Source: Methanocorpusculum sp.
Lineage (GTDB): Archaea; Halobacteriota; Methanomicrobia; Methanomicrobiales; Methanocorpusculaceae
Direction of reading: 5' to 3'
Assembly (NCBI GenBank): GCA_029987395.1
Contig: DALTVX010000035.1
Coordinates: 1-47,168, forward strand
Length of the DNA: 47,168 nt
Positions 9,166-19,338 of this stretch are shown piece after piece; position 1 is the first letter of the stretch; the number at the start of each line of letters is the position of its first letter. The notes beneath the pieces are model-generated. The model made no database searches. It worked only from the letters and a program-made list of their open reading frames with translations, and was not told where the DNA came from. Made by a program: the position numbers and the translations under genes.

Positions 9166-10495
9166 GCTCGCATCCTTTGGGGATATATGCGCCGGCTGCA
9201 ATATTATGCCCTCCGCCTGCACCCCCAACCTCAGAGGCAGCTTTGACTAGGACCTCCTGCAGGTCGACCCCCTTGCGCAGGACCTTTTCATATGTACGCA
9301 TCGAGACTTTTATGAGGTCAGGCTCGTCGGTAACACTGCACATCACGAGGATAGGTTTGTCGGTGTCAAGTTTTGACAGAGCCATGCCCGCGCCGATACC
9401 GGCGATGGTATCCGGGTATTTATCACCGGTATGGATAGACTGAATCGAGCCTAGGTCATCCACTCCTTTTTCAGTGATATACTCACAGAGTTCCCGGATG
9501 ATGGATCTGTGGTGTCTGAGCATATGCTCGGCCTCTCGGTATTTTTGCCCCCGGTCGCCGAAACAGACCGCTTCACCGATTTTAGGCTTCGTCCACCTGC
9601 CGCAGGCATTCAGCATCGTTGCATATTCTGAAGCATTTCGAAGTGGTGTCTTTTCCATCTCTTTCGGGAAGAAATAATGTTCAGCAAACAACCCTTCTGT
9701 GGATTCTCCGTTTGCGATAACCTGCTCAGCGAGCGTGCTTGCAAGTGTTCGCATCTCCTCAGCGCTCAGCTCTTCCCAAATCCGTTGATCAGAAGGAGAC
9801 TGGTAGATACCGGTCCTAGAAAGCAGAGCGGCAGCTTCGGCTGGTTTTCCGGATATCCCTGGTATTCCGGGATCATCTGCGTTCGAAAGGCAGATATGGA
9901 GTGGTCTAGTTGAAAGGCCGTAACAGTTTATTCCGCGGCTGATCTTTACTTGGCCGCAGTCAGCTCCGTCCTCCGCTATCCATCTGGCAACTCCAACCAA
10001 TCCGCGATTTTCCCTCGCCATCATATCTCCGACGTTTCCCACAACAGATAGTTTTGCCAGATCCGTATTTGCCGCATCGAGCTTTCTCGCAACGAGATAG
10101 GCAATGCCCGCAGCGCTACATTTTGCGTAATCCTTTCCATAAAACTGTGTGTTGACCTGGAAGTAGTCGGTTCCGCCTGGGGCCGGTTGACTTATATGGT
10201 GGTCAAGAATGAGCACCCTTTCGGCGGAGATCCTTGCTTCTTCAAGCAAATTCTGTTGACCGCCGCCTAAATCGGTAAAGATCTTGAGAGTGTCGTCATC
10301 CGGGATATGCTTCATGGTCATCGGCTCGAGTTGGCGGACGAATACTGGTTTTACCGGGATCCCTAGTCGTGAAATTGCCATTGAGATGATAGCTTCGCTC
10401 GTGATCCCATCTGCGTCTATATGTGAGATGAGTGTGGCGGCGTCCGCTTCCTGAATTATCTTTGCGGCTCGGCTGACATCTTCAACAAATTCCAT
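9098..10495 (-). CDS. DHH-family phosphoesterase, RecJ/GAN-like
   Basis: SHIDADG, TDLG, ILDHH, LNACGR, DHHA1 GGGGHNIAAGA; start set at MEFVEDV. Confidence 0.9.
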   Translation of the reverse strand: MEFVEDVSRAAKIIQEADAATLISHIDADGITSEAIISMAISRLGIPVKPVFVRQLEPMTMKHIPDDDTLKIFTDLGGGQQNLLEEARISAERVLILDHHISQPAPGGTDYFQVNTQFYGKDYAKCSAAGIAYLVARKLDAANTDLAKLSVVGNVGDMMARENRGLVGVARWIAEDGADCGQVKISRGINCYGLSTRPLHICLSNADDPGIPGISGKPAEAAALLSRTGIYQSPSDQRIWEELSAEEMRTLASTLAEQVIANGESTEGLFAEHYFFPKEMEKTPLRNASEYATMLNACGRWTKPKIGEAVCFGDRGQKYREAEHMLRHHRSIIRELCEYITEKGVDDLGSIQSIHTGDKYPDTIAGIGAGMALSKLDTDKPILVMCSVTDEPDLIKVSMRTYEKVLRKGVDLQEVLVKAASEVGGAGGGHNIAAGAYIPKGCEHDFIRRVNELVEGQFAEGPKDR

Positions 10496-10557
10496 TCTTA
10501 TCAGGTGAGTCGTGCATGGGGAAAAATCATTACCCACGCAGACCCACACTAACATAT

Positions 10558-11931
10558 ATGCGGGATCTGGTTCAGTTCGGTCTTTCTGGTGTTGTTTCAG
10601 CAGAGACTATGCGTATCGTAGATAAAAACGCCGATGATCACGGGGTCTTTGCGGCCCAGCGCATGGAGAGTGCTGGTTGCGTCCTTGCCGAAGCGGTTCG
10701 ATCTGAGGATCCAGTGTCCGTGTCGATTTTTTGCGGAACCGGAAACAACGGAGGTGATGGTTTCGTTTGTGCCCGTCATCTTGCAAAGGAATATGCAGTA
10801 AAAGTTATCGTCGTTGGTAGCTCGAAGACACCCGAGAGCCGTGCGGCATTTTTCGCACTCTCTGGATGTCCGGTTGAGATCATTTCCTCATGGTCTCTTG
10901 CGGATTTCTCTGCCGATGTCATCGTGGATGCCTTGCTTGGTACTGGTGCATCCCTGCCTCTTCGGGAGCCGTATGGTTCTCTCGTGGATATGATGAATGC
11001 GGCCAAGGGTCGTGTCCTTGCCTGTGATATGCCGACTCCGGGGGTACGTGCCAATCGGGTGATCGCTTTCCATCTGGCAAAGACCGAAGGGGCTGAGGTA
11101 TACAGTATCGGGATTCCGCTTGGGGCTGAGGTTTTCTGCGGAACGGGTGATTTTTTTTCAGTTCCGAAGAAACCGTCCGGAGCACATAAGGGTTGGGCAG
11201 GTCACGTTCTGGTTGTTGGCGGCGGGCCGTATCAGGGTGCACCGTTTCTGGCAGGGTGCGCTGCTCTTCGCTCGGGTGTGGATGTGGTTCGGGTGGCGGC
11301 TCCGGTCGATGGATTCATGCCTGATCTGATTCTCGAAAGACTACCGGGCAGCAAAGTGGGCAAAGAGCATCTGGGCGGTCTTCTCTCCCTTGCAAAAAAT
11401 GCGGATGTGGTGATTGTCGGTCCAGGCCTTGGTACCGATCCGGAAAGTCTTGAAGTAGCGGCACAGGTGGTTTCCGCTGCAAAACGCGCGGTCGTGGATG
11501 CTGATCTTCTGCGTGATCCTCTACCTAGAGCGCGCGAACAGACGATATACACTCCGCATGCAGGCGAATTTACCCGCGTGTTTTGTCCATTGCCGGAAAA
11601 ACTATCTGAACGGGCGCTCGTCGTCCGGGAAGTGGCGAAGCGTGCTGGCGGGATAATCATCCTGAAAGGAGAGACAGACATCATCTCGGATGGTTATCGA
11701 GTGAAGTTCAATCGGTCCGGTGCTCCCGGAATGACCACGGGTGGTACTGGGGATGTTCTCGCAGGAGTTTGCGGCGGCCTTCTTGCGCGGATGGATGCCT
11801 TTTCTGCGGCGTGTGCGGCTGTATATGCCGCAGGAAAAGCTGGAGAACTGGCTGATGAAGACACGGGAGACGGTTTAATCGCAAGCGATTTACTTAAGCA
11901 CCTTGCATATATTCTGTATAAGGAGATTTGA
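10558..11931 (+). CDS. nnr: Bifunctional NAD(P)H-hydrate epimerase/dehydratase (YjeF/Nnr)
   Basis: [42 protein letters not shown]. Confidence 0.92.
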   Translation: MRDLVQFGLSGVVSAETMRIVDKNADDHGVFAAQRMESAGCVLAEAVRSEDPVSVSIFCGTGNNGGDGFVCARHLAKEYAVKVIVVGSSKTPESRAAFFALSGCPVEIISSWSLADFSADVIVDALLGTGASLPLREPYGSLVDMMNAAKGRVLACDMPTPGVRANRVIAFHLAKTEGAEVYSIGIPLGAEVFCGTGDFFSVPKKPSGAHKGWAGHVLVVGGGPYQGAPFLAGCAALRSGVDVVRVAAPVDGFMPDLILERLPGSKVGKEHLGGLLSLAKNADVVIVGPGLGTDPESLEVAAQVVSAAKRAVVDADLLRDPLPRAREQTIYTPHAGEFTRVFCPLPEKLSERALVVREVAKRAGGIIILKGETDIISDGYRVKFNRSGAPGMTTGGTGDVLAGVCGGLLARMDAFSAACAAVYAAGKAGELADEDTGDGLIASDLLKHLAYILYKEI

Positions 11932-11932
11932 A

Positions 11933-12409
11933 ATGCCTATTTTTACTCATCTGAATGAAAATAATGAGGTCCACATGGTCGATGTGACGTCAAAGCCCGA
12001 TGTTTCCCGTGAAGCTACCGCAAAGGGGAGGATATATCTGCGGTCCGAGACGCTTGCGGCAATTGCCGATGGAAAAGCCGTGAAGGGAAACGTTCTTGCT
12101 ACTGCTCAGGTTGCCGGAACGCTTGCAGTAAAACAGACATGGGCCCTGATCCCGATGTGCCACCCACTCCCCGTTGGCGGTGTGAGCATCTGGTTTGAAC
12201 AGACGAACGATTACATCGAAGCGTTCTGCCGTGTGAAGACCTATGGTAAAACAGGAATCGAAATGGAAGCTCTGACCGGAGTTTCTCTCGCACTATTAAC
12301 GATCTGGGACATGGTCAAGTCCGCCGAGAAGGATGAAGCCGGCCAGTATCCTGTTACTCGCATCGAAGCGATCCAAGTCGTGGAAAAAATCAAGGGCAGC
12401 CCTGAGTGA
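11933..12409 (+). CDS. moaC: Cyclic pyranopterin monophosphate synthase
   Basis: [26 protein letters not shown]. Confidence 0.95.
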   Translation: MPIFTHLNENNEVHMVDVTSKPDVSREATAKGRIYLRSETLAAIADGKAVKGNVLATAQVAGTLAVKQTWALIPMCHPLPVGGVSIWFEQTNDYIEAFCRVKTYGKTGIEMEALTGVSLALLTIWDMVKSAEKDEAGQYPVTRIEAIQVVEKIKGSPE

Positions 12410-12434
12410 TCGTCTCCCTGATCATCAGGGATTA

Positions 12435-12440
12435 TTTATA
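12435..12440 (+). promoter_or_regulatory. Probable TATA box of the rpl15e superoperon
   Basis: TTTATA about 25-30 nt upstream of a structured leader. Confidence 0.55.
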
Positions 12441-12468
12441 CTACATAGCTCCTATAATATAGAGTTTA

Positions 12469-12525
12469 CAGCTAGCCGTATCCTGATACGGTCTGTATAT
12501 CACAGGAATGTAGCCTAGATGGCTG
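12469..12525 (+). ncRNA. Structured 5' leader of rpl15e (candidate eL15 ribosomal-protein leader)
   Basis: Closing stem CAGCTA/TGGCTG encloses hairpins GCCGTATC/GATACGGT and CTGT/ACAG; directly upstream of SD GAGGTGA. Confidence 0.6.
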
Positions 12526-12546
12526 AACCTGAGGTGAAACCAACAT

Positions 12547-13131
12547 ATGTCGAAATCAATGTATGGATATGTCCGTGACGCGTGGAAGAAGCCCGCTGAG
12601 TCCGGAGTAAAGAGACTCCTTTGGGAGAGAATGCAGACATGGCGCCGTCAGGGTGCCGTTGTTCGACTTGAGCGTCCGACCCGTATCGATAGAGCACGGG
12701 AACTCGGATATAAAGCAAAACAGGGCATTATTGTTGTTCGTGCATCCATCCGCCGCGGTGGCCGCAGAAAATCGAGATACATCCGTGGACGCAGAACCAA
12801 CCGTATGGGAATGCGCAAAGCAACCCCCGGCAAGAACCTGCAGTCTATCGCAGAAGAGCGCGCAGGAACCCGCTACCCGAACATGGAAGTGTTAAACTCC
12901 TACTGGGTCGGTCAGGACGGAAAGAGCAAATACTATGAGATCATCCTCGTTGACAGAAACAGCCCGTCTGTTCTCGCCGACAAGAATCTCGCATGGGTTG
13001 GAACCACCCGTGGACGTGTGTACCGTGGAAAGACCTCCTCGGGAAGAAAGGGACGCGGACTCCACAACCGTGGAACCGGAACTGAAAAGTGCCGGCCAAG
13101 TCTCACCTCCCATAAGAACCTGGGTAAATAA
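12547..13131 (+). CDS. rpl15e: 50S ribosomal protein L15e
   Basis: [38 protein letters not shown]. Confidence 0.97.
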   Translation: MSKSMYGYVRDAWKKPAESGVKRLLWERMQTWRRQGAVVRLERPTRIDRARELGYKAKQGIIVVRASIRRGGRRKSRYIRGRRTNRMGMRKATPGKNLQSIAEERAGTRYPNMEVLNSYWVGQDGKSKYYEIILVDRNSPSVLADKNLAWVGTTRGRVYRGKTSSGRKGRGLHNRGTGTEKCRPSLTSHKNLGK

Positions 13132-13155
13132 CCCTGTTCTCATTTTTTTCACATC

Positions 13156-13800
13156 ATGACAACAGACGCATGCGTGTATGCGAATGAATCATCACACACA
13201 ACGCTTCGTCGATTTGCTTTGACCGCCGCTTCCTGCGGTTTTTCCCGTATCATCGCCTGTGATCCAATCGAGGATGTCTCAGAGTATGCCGGCGTTTCTA
13301 TCCAAAAAGGTAAATTGATCGGCAAGCTGAATGGAAAGGCATTCTTTGATGCGGTAAAAAAGACTCCTGCCGGAACCGTCGTGTTCGTGCAGGTCGGCGA
13401 AAACAATTTCAATCGTACGGCGATCACCACTAAAGGTGTACATCTTCTGACTGGTATTGCGGATCTCCCAAAAGGCGGGTTCGATCATATCGTTGCAAAG
13501 ATGGCGGCGCAGCATAACACCGGGGTCATTCTGGATTTTTCCCGAATCATTGACCCAAAGACTCGGCGAACAGCCCTGTCTCGGTATGTCGAGATCCTTG
13601 CATTTCATCGTAAATATCAGTTCCCGCTTCTTATCGCAAGCGGTGCCTCTGAATGTCTCGGTCAGAAAAATATCACGGAGATTGTTGCTCTTGCTGCTCT
13701 TTTTGGCATGACTCGTTCAGAGGTCGAAACATCTCTGAACTCTATTGACGGTATTCTTTACCCAAAAAAGACGGTCGAGATCGTGGAGGCAGGACAATGA
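13156..13800 (+). CDS. rnp3: RNase P protein subunit p30 (Rpp30)
   Basis: FNR, DHIVAKMAA, KYQFPLLIASGA; position in conserved superoperon. Confidence 0.85.
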   Translation: MTTDACVYANESSHTTLRRFALTAASCGFSRIIACDPIEDVSEYAGVSIQKGKLIGKLNGKAFFDAVKKTPAGTVVFVQVGENNFNRTAITTKGVHLLTGIADLPKGGFDHIVAKMAAQHNTGVILDFSRIIDPKTRRTALSRYVEILAFHRKYQFPLLIASGASECLGQKNITEIVALAALFGMTRSEVETSLNSIDGILYPKKTVEIVEAGQ

Positions 13801-14240
13801 GCGTCCTTCCTCCAACACTTCGCGAGAACTGGCGTTATGTCCTCTTTCGGGTCATCACTGAGGTGGACCCGACCCAAAAGGATATCTATCGAATCTTGGC
13901 AGACTCGGTCACCTCACTATTCGGAGACGTTGGAGCTGCAAAGATGCACCCCGCGGTCGTCTGGTCTGAAGGGGAGTATGCCATTGCCCGGTGTTCTCGC
14001 GGATATGAAGAGTCTCTTATCGCTTCACTGACGGTGATTACTAAGATCTGCGGCGAACCGGTTGCATTTCGATCTATCGCCACATCGGGCACTATCCTCT
14101 CACTGAAAAAGAAGGTCATTCCCGAGATCGCTGATGATACCACATATTCGGGGTATCTGTGTGCAGGTAAGAAGGTTGATAATCTCTCAAAAGAGAATGG
14201 GCATAGATATCTAACTAGAGATGATATAATTAAGGAGTAA
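13797..14240 (+). CDS. rnp2: RNase P protein subunit Pop5/Rpp14
   Basis: LPPTLRE..RY, LFGD.G, TSGTI. Confidence 0.9.
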   Translation: MSVLPPTLRENWRYVLFRVITEVDPTQKDIYRILADSVTSLFGDVGAAKMHPAVVWSEGEYAIARCSRGYEESLIASLTVITKICGEPVAFRSIATSGTILSLKKKVIPEIADDTTYSGYLCAGKKVDNLSKENGHRYLTRDDIIKE

Positions 14241-14242
14241 AA

Positions 14243-15061
14243 ATGCAGCCACAACAATATCAAATGGGCGGATATGATCGTGCCATCACGATGTTCTCCC
14301 CCGATGGACGTCTGTATCAGGTCGAATACGCTCGTGAAGCGGTCAAACGGGGGACGACTGCGGTCGGGATCAAATGTAAAACAGGAGTTGTACTTCTCGT
14401 TGATAAACGAGTGAACTCTCGTCTTCTGGAACCCTCCTCGATCGAAAAGATCTTCCGGATCGATGAACACATCGCTGTCGCATCTTCGGGTCTTGTCGGT
14501 GACGCACGGATCCTTGTTGATCGTGCTCGTGTCGAGTCCCAAATCAATAGAGTCAGCTACGGCGAACCGATCGATGTGGAGACTCTTGCAAAGAAACTTT
14601 GTGATCACATGCAGAGCTACACTCTGTTTGGCGGAGCACGTCCCTACGGTACGGCACTTCTGATTGCCGGGGCGGAGTCCTCCCCAAGTGGACCAAAGTA
14701 TCATCTCTTCGAGACCGATCCTTCAGGTACCCTTCTGGAATATTCTGCCACCGGTATCGGTATTGGCAGACCCGCTGTCATAAAACTTTTCGAGCAGGAA
14801 TACAAAGAAAGTCTCTCCGCTGAAGAGGCAGTTCAGCTCGGCATGAAGGCCCTGCATACCGCCACCGAAGGTAAGTTCGATATGAACACCGTCGAGATCG
14901 GTATCGCCGGCGAATATTCAAAGAAGTCCTCCTCCAAAAAGGAGAGCGAGAGTCCGAACGGAACTAAAATATCGACCCTCTCATTCAGAAAACTGAATGC
15001 GGATGAATTAAAGGCAGCTGTTGCCAAATTTTCCAAGACAACTTCTGCGAAAAAGGAGTGA
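14243..15061 (+). CDS. psmA: Proteasome alpha subunit
   Basis: [34 protein letters not shown]. Confidence 0.97.
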   Translation: MQPQQYQMGGYDRAITMFSPDGRLYQVEYAREAVKRGTTAVGIKCKTGVVLLVDKRVNSRLLEPSSIEKIFRIDEHIAVASSGLVGDARILVDRARVESQINRVSYGEPIDVETLAKKLCDHMQSYTLFGGARPYGTALLIAGAESSPSGPKYHLFETDPSGTLLEYSATGIGIGRPAVIKLFEQEYKESLSAEEAVQLGMKALHTATEGKFDMNTVEIGIAGEYSKKSSSKKESESPNGTKISTLSFRKLNADELKAAVAKFSKTTSAKKE

Positions 15062-15070
15062 GTTTATCAA

Positions 15071-15772
15071 ATGATTTCCCTTGATGATTCAGTAACTGCC
15101 CGTCTGGAATCACACGGACTGAAATTTGAGTTGTTGGTCGACCCTGAGCTTGCCGATAAGATGCGGCACGGAGCAGACTATGACATAGAAGATATTGTTG
15201 CAGCGATGTATGTATATGAAAACGCTTCACGCGGAGATAAGTCTCCTGACGAAGATCTGCTGAAAGTGTTCAAGACCACCGAGTTTTCGGAGGTCGCAAA
15301 ACATATCATTCTGAAAGGCGAAATCCATCTGACGACTGAGCAGCGGCGTCATCTGATAGAGGAAAAACGCAGACGCGTTATCTCCTTCATCGCACGAAAT
15401 GCTGTGAATCCTCAAACAGGCCTCCCCCATCCACTCATGCGGATCGAAATGGCTCTAGAACAGGTCAGGATAAATTACGATCCGTTCAAGTCGGTGGACG
15501 ATCTGGTGAAAGAGACCGTAAAAGCGTTGCGCCCCATCCTTCCGATTCGGTTCGAAGAACGGCGTATCGCCGCCAAGTTCCCGATGGACTTTGCGGCAAA
15601 AGCGTACGCGTCCATCTCCAGCGCGCCTTATGTCACAATGGACAAAAACGAATGGCAGAGTGATGGATCATGGATATGTGTCGTGACGATTCCGGCCGGC
15701 ATGCAGGAAGAGTTCTTCAATTTGGCAAACGCTGCGGCGAAAGGTGATGCTGAACTCAAGATACTTGAGTAA
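15071..15772 (+). CDS. Ribosome maturation factor SBDS
   Basis: FELLVDP, GEI.LT.EQRR, NPQT.LPHP..RIE.A, W..DGSW. Confidence 0.95.
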   Translation: MISLDDSVTARLESHGLKFELLVDPELADKMRHGADYDIEDIVAAMYVYENASRGDKSPDEDLLKVFKTTEFSEVAKHIILKGEIHLTTEQRRHLIEEKRRRVISFIARNAVNPQTGLPHPLMRIEMALEQVRINYDPFKSVDDLVKETVKALRPILPIRFEERRIAAKFPMDFAAKAYASISSAPYVTMDKNEWQSDGSWICVVTIPAGMQEEFFNLANAAAKGDAELKILE

Positions 15773-15831
15773 CGCATACTATTAAAACAACTAAGAACGA
15801 ATATTACTAGATATTTCTGGAGGAATAAAAA

Positions 15832-16116
15832 ATGGCATCTAAGAGTAAACATGTTGCAAAAGGACGCGTCACCGGCAGTGCCGGACGCTATGGTCCAAGA
15901 TACGGTCGTTTTGTCCGCAAAATAGTCAATGAGAGTGAAAAGATCTCCCGCGCGAAGCACCTGTGCCCAATGTGCGATACGGTCGCTGTAAAGCGTATCG
16001 GTACCGGCATCTGGGAATGCAGAAAATGCGGATACAAATATGCAGGCGGCGCCTACGTCCCGCAGACCCCCGGCCTTAAGGTCGTTCTTCGTGCCATCGA
16101 GACCAAAGGAGTATAA
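15832..16116 (+). CDS. rpl37ae: 50S ribosomal protein L37Ae (eL43)
   Basis: [25 protein letters not shown]. Confidence 0.96.
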   Translation: MASKSKHVAKGRVTGSAGRYGPRYGRFVRKIVNESEKISRAKHLCPMCDTVAVKRIGTGIWECRKCGYKYAGGAYVPQTPGLKVVLRAIETKGV

Positions 16117-16120
16117 CCTA

Positions 16121-16252
16121 ATGGTTGCTTATAAGTGTGCCCGCTGTAAAAATTTGGTTGACATCGGCACGAACATCCGTTGTCCCTTCTGCGGTCACCG
16201 TATTCTTTTCAAAGCCCGCGGAGCTGGCACGAGAGAACTTAAAGCCAGATGA
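16121..16252 (+). CDS. rpoP: RNA polymerase subunit P (Rpo12)
   Basis: YKCARC...[15 protein letters not shown] at 16121. Confidence 0.93.
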   Translation: MVAYKCARCKNLVDIGTNIRCPFCGHRILFKARGAGTRELKAR

Positions 16253-16650
16253 CTATCGTAACTTCATCGCGCAAACCGGTTGCGGAGGTCCGAAAACTAG
16301 CAAAGGAGATTGCCTTTGCTCTGGACTTACCGTATGTTCAGCGTGGTAAATCAGGTATTCATGATATAGGGGGAGATGATCCCCGTGTTATTTTTCTATC
16401 GGGCTCGAAACGGCAAGGTCCAGTATTTGATCTGATGTTCAATGGCTCCTTGGTTTTCTCTATGCTGATAACCAAGGTGATAGAGTCCGAACGTACCGGA
16501 CTGTTTACCAAAGGTTTTCTCACCCGGGAAAAAGACCTGTTCGATCACCTCTCGCCGCATGTTCCCATCACCTATGATGAGACTGCTGACGGTCCGATCG
16601 TTTTTTGCGGCACTCAGAAAAGACAGTACGTTTTGCAGGTCATGGTATGA
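16249..16650 (+). CDS. Brix-domain-like ribosome biogenesis protein (short)
   Basis: N-terminal IVTSSRKP...R.LAK...RGK; expected slot after rpoP. Confidence 0.7.
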   Translation: MTIVTSSRKPVAEVRKLAKEIAFALDLPYVQRGKSGIHDIGGDDPRVIFLSGSKRQGPVFDLMFNGSLVFSMLITKVIESERTGLFTKGFLTREKDLFDHLSPHVPITYDETADGPIVFCGTQKRQYVLQVMV

Positions 16651-16877
16651 ACCATACTGCAAACTTTGTCTTTGAAACCCCATTTGCAGCGAAATTGTAT
16701 GAAGTTCTTGCCCCGGAGATTGCCAGTGATCCCGGGGAAAAATCCAACATGCGGCTCACCCGCGATGACTCTTCCGTGTATCTCTTTGTAGAAGCGGAGG
16801 ATGCAGCGTCCCTTCGGGCGTCCCTCAATATGTGGCTGCGGTTGGTCAATGTATCCCATGAAGTATTGGAGTTGTAA
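16647..16877 (+). CDS. pcc1: KEOPS complex subunit Pcc1
   Basis: AEDAASLRASLN.WLRL; ATGA overlap with upstream gene. Confidence 0.85.
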   Translation: MNHTANFVFETPFAAKLYEVLAPEIASDPGEKSNMRLTRDDSSVYLFVEAEDAASLRASLNMWLRLVNVSHEVLEL

Positions 16878-16880
16878 AAA

Positions 16881-17258
16881 ATGACAGCACCCCAGCAGAC
16901 GGCGGGTATCCCGCCCCAGATTCAGCAGCAGCTTGGAATGTTCCAGCAGATCCAGCAGCAGCTTCAACAGGTATCGTCCCAGAAAATGCAGTATGAGATG
17001 ACGCTCCGTGAAACGAAGCGTGCCCTTGAGGAGGTCGAGTCCACGCCGGATGAAGCAGTGATTTTCTCAGCAGTAGGTTCAATCCTCATTCAGAAAGAGA
17101 AGGGCGTCGTGAAAACAGAACTTGAGGAGAAGATCGATTCTCTTGAACTTCGCGTCAGTTCTATGGACAAGCAGGAAAAGGCTATGACCACAAAAGCGAC
17201 TCAGCTCCAGAAGCAGATCCAGGAAGCCATCAGCACTGGTGTTCCGACTGCTCAGTAA
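16881..17258 (+). CDS. pfdB: Prefoldin beta subunit
   Basis: Coiled coil PPQIQQQL..FQQ.QQQLQ, VG.ILI. Confidence 0.92.
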   Translation: MTAPQQTAGIPPQIQQQLGMFQQIQQQLQQVSSQKMQYEMTLRETKRALEEVESTPDEAVIFSAVGSILIQKEKGVVKTELEEKIDSLELRVSSMDKQEKAMTTKATQLQKQIQEAISTGVPTAQ

Positions 17259-17259
17259 C

Positions 17260-17274
17260 TTTTTTTAAAAAAAA
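17260..17274. terminator. Probable bidirectional oligo-T terminator
   Basis: T7A8 between convergent stops of pfdB and the cofE-like gene. Confidence 0.55.
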
Positions 17275-18036
17275 TTATTTGCTAAGACAGAGGAACAGAT
17301 CCTCGTCGGCAGGAATAGTTTCGATCCTACAGTTCTCGCATTTGATATAGGGGTATCCGCGCACGAGCACGACCGGCACGCCTTCTGAGGACTCGCCCAT
17401 CAGAAGTTCCGCCGTGGAAGCGAGTGAATCGGCTATGGCTCGTCTCGTCACCTGAAGTTTATTCCCGTACAGATCCGGCTTTCCCCGCTCGTCGGTGATT
17501 GGCAGTATCCCTGAACAACCAATCGCCACTCCGGAGACTCCAAGACGCATCGAGTGGGTCCGGGAGTCGATGATGACGACGGCAGCGTCTTTTCCAGTCC
17601 GTTCGCGGATCTGGTCCCGCAGTCGCCGGGCACTTGCCTCCGGATCTACCGGAAGCCGGGTCACCCATCCGTCAGGGGCGTTCGACTCATCTACCCCGGC
17701 GTTGGGGAGAATAAGATCCCATTTCCCGGCGAGAAGATATCCTGGGATGCCGCCGACTATCGTATCGCTCTCATCTAGGATGACCTCAACGAGGCGGGGG
17801 TCCATCTGATACTTCTCCGCGAGGCTGTATGCCTCATCAGACGGGGTGACGTCATCCAGTTTCACGCTGCGTCCTTCGGTCGTAGAGAGTGGGGACTCGG
17901 CGAACAACAGAATATCTCCATCTTCTATTATCTTTGCGTCAGTATCTTCAAGGGAAGATATGACTCGGCTGATAATATCATCGCCGGATACAAGAAGGCC
18001 TGTAGAAACTCCGTATACAGAAAAAAAACCCGACAT
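17275..18036 (-). CDS. cofE: Coenzyme F420-0:L-glutamate ligase family protein (divergent paralog)
   Basis: DPRLVEVIL.ES, NAGVDESN, LPVDP..SA, DLYG..L.VT..AIAD.LAS.A.LLMGE. Confidence 0.85.
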   Translation of the reverse strand: MSGFFSVYGVSTGLLVSGDDIISRVISSLEDTDAKIIEDGDILLFAESPLSTTEGRSVKLDDVTPSDEAYSLAEKYQMDPRLVEVILDESDTIVGGIPGYLLAGKWDLILPNAGVDESNAPDGWVTRLPVDPEASARRLRDQIRERTGKDAAVVIIDSRTHSMRLGVSGVAIGCSGILPITDERGKPDLYGNKLQVTRRAIADSLASTAELLMGESSEGVPVVLVRGYPYIKCENCRIETIPADEDLFLCLSK

Positions 18037-18082
18037 ATGAGATAGATATGTTTTGAGATATTATGAGCTTTCGGATAAAAAA

Positions 18083-18679
18083 TTATTTTGTGGAAAAGAC
18101 CCGGATACTCTTCTCAGCAAAATCCAGGATCTTTTCCGGATCCTGTGCGGCATCGATCAGCAGGAACCGTTCCGGATCTTCGTTCATGCGTGCGATGTAG
18201 CATTTCTGGACCTCTTCGAGATTCTCTACTTTCTCAAAGTGATCCTTTACCTCTCTCCCGGAAAGCCGGCTCACTGCGACTTCCGGCGCCAGCAGAAGGA
18301 GGATCGTCAGGTCAGGGCGGATCGACCAGTCTTTGTGCACGGCAGTCAGCCATGCTTTAGGATCGGGATGAACATTTTTCAGCGAGTTCTGCTGGTAGGC
18401 AAACCTGCTGTCTGAGTACCGGTCGGATATGACCAGTCTTCCCTCCTCCAGCGCCGGGCGGACGACCGTCGCTAGATGAACTGCGTGGTCGGCGACAAAC
18501 AGAGCTGCCTCCACGAGTGGGTCGCCCCTATTATGGATAACTTCACGCACCGCGTCCCCAAGATACGGACTCCCCGGTTCGCGGGTAAACAGGGGGTCGA
18601 GGTCGGAGAGTCTCTCCTGTAGACCTTTAAACAGGGTCGATTTTCCCGACCCGTCGATTCCTTCTAGCGTGATTAGCAA
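18083..18679 (-). CDS. tmk: Thymidylate kinase
   Basis: ITLEGIDGSGKST, TREP, SDRY.DS..AYQ. Confidence 0.95.
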   Translation of the reverse strand: MLITLEGIDGSGKSTLFKGLQERLSDLDPLFTREPGSPYLGDAVREVIHNRGDPLVEAALFVADHAVHLATVVRPALEEGRLVISDRYSDSRFAYQQNSLKNVHPDPKAWLTAVHKDWSIRPDLTILLLLAPEVAVSRLSGREVKDHFEKVENLEEVQKCYIARMNEDPERFLLIDAAQDPEKILDFAEKSIRVFSTK

Positions 18680-19338
18680 AATGTTCCCTCGTGAATGATA
18701 CTGATTGGAATCTTTCCTTTATGGACGGCTGTAGAAATGATCACGCCGTCATATCCTGCATCGCAAAGGATCCGAAGATCCGTTTGTGCGTTCACGCCGC
18801 CTCCGTAGATCAGCGGCTTCTGTGTTGCGGCACGGATCTGCTTTACAAAGTCGAGATCTACTCCTGTTTCGGTACCGACCGAGGAGATGTTAAGGAAAAT
18901 AATACCGTCAAAGGCATAGCTGTCCGCCTCGCGAATCACCTCGATCGGATCACGACCGGAAGGAATCACCTTTCCATCCTTAACATCGACACTGAGGTAT
19001 CCGCCGGAAAATTCCTCGAATGGGGCGTCCGCCGTCTCGGTCCCTACGACGTTCTGGACACCCGGTAGATACTCTTCAGGAATACTGCAGCCCCGATCAA
19101 CCCAGAGCTTCTCAGGGGTCGATTTAAGTCTCAGGATCGTCTCGGTATGATCTCCGCACAGTCCGATCCGGTCAAGATCGGCCACATACGCGTATCTGGG
19201 CTTCATCACAGACATGTATGAATGCGGTTCGGCCGAGGGGGAAAGCCCCCAAGTCAACGGCCGGTACTCTTCCCTATTGCCACTTTTCCCGTGGACGACA
19301 TATCCGTCCATCAGGTCCATTGCTAAAATAACGTTCAT
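18673..19338 (-). CDS. HisA/HisF-related TIM-barrel protein (methanogen-type)
   Basis: DLMDG.VVHGKSG.R..YRP, YVADLD.I, VVGTET, YGGGV. Confidence 0.8.
   Translation of the reverse strand: MNVILAMDLMDGYVVHGKSGNREEYRPLTWGLSPSAEPHSYMSVMKPRYAYVADLDRIGLCGDHTETILRLKSTPEKLWVDRGCSIPEEYLPGVQNVVGTETADAPFEEFSGGYLSVDVKDGKVIPSGRDPIEVIREADSYAFDGIIFLNISSVGTETGVDLDFVKQIRAATQKPLIYGGGVNAQTDLRILCDAGYDGVIISTAVHKGKIPISIIHEGTFC

Noticed and set aside
10516..10557. Longer upstream starts from the ORF track (also DHH, moaC, rpoP, pcc1, fbp, valS, ribL, hisS)
   Set aside because: Extensions overlap neighbours or lack family similarity; downstream ATGs match expected N-termini
13886..14704. 272-aa minus-strand ORF
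   Set aside because: Antisense to rnp2/psmA, which are clearly real
16881..16990. CAG-rich repeats
   Set aside because: Encode the Gln-rich prefoldin beta coiled coil
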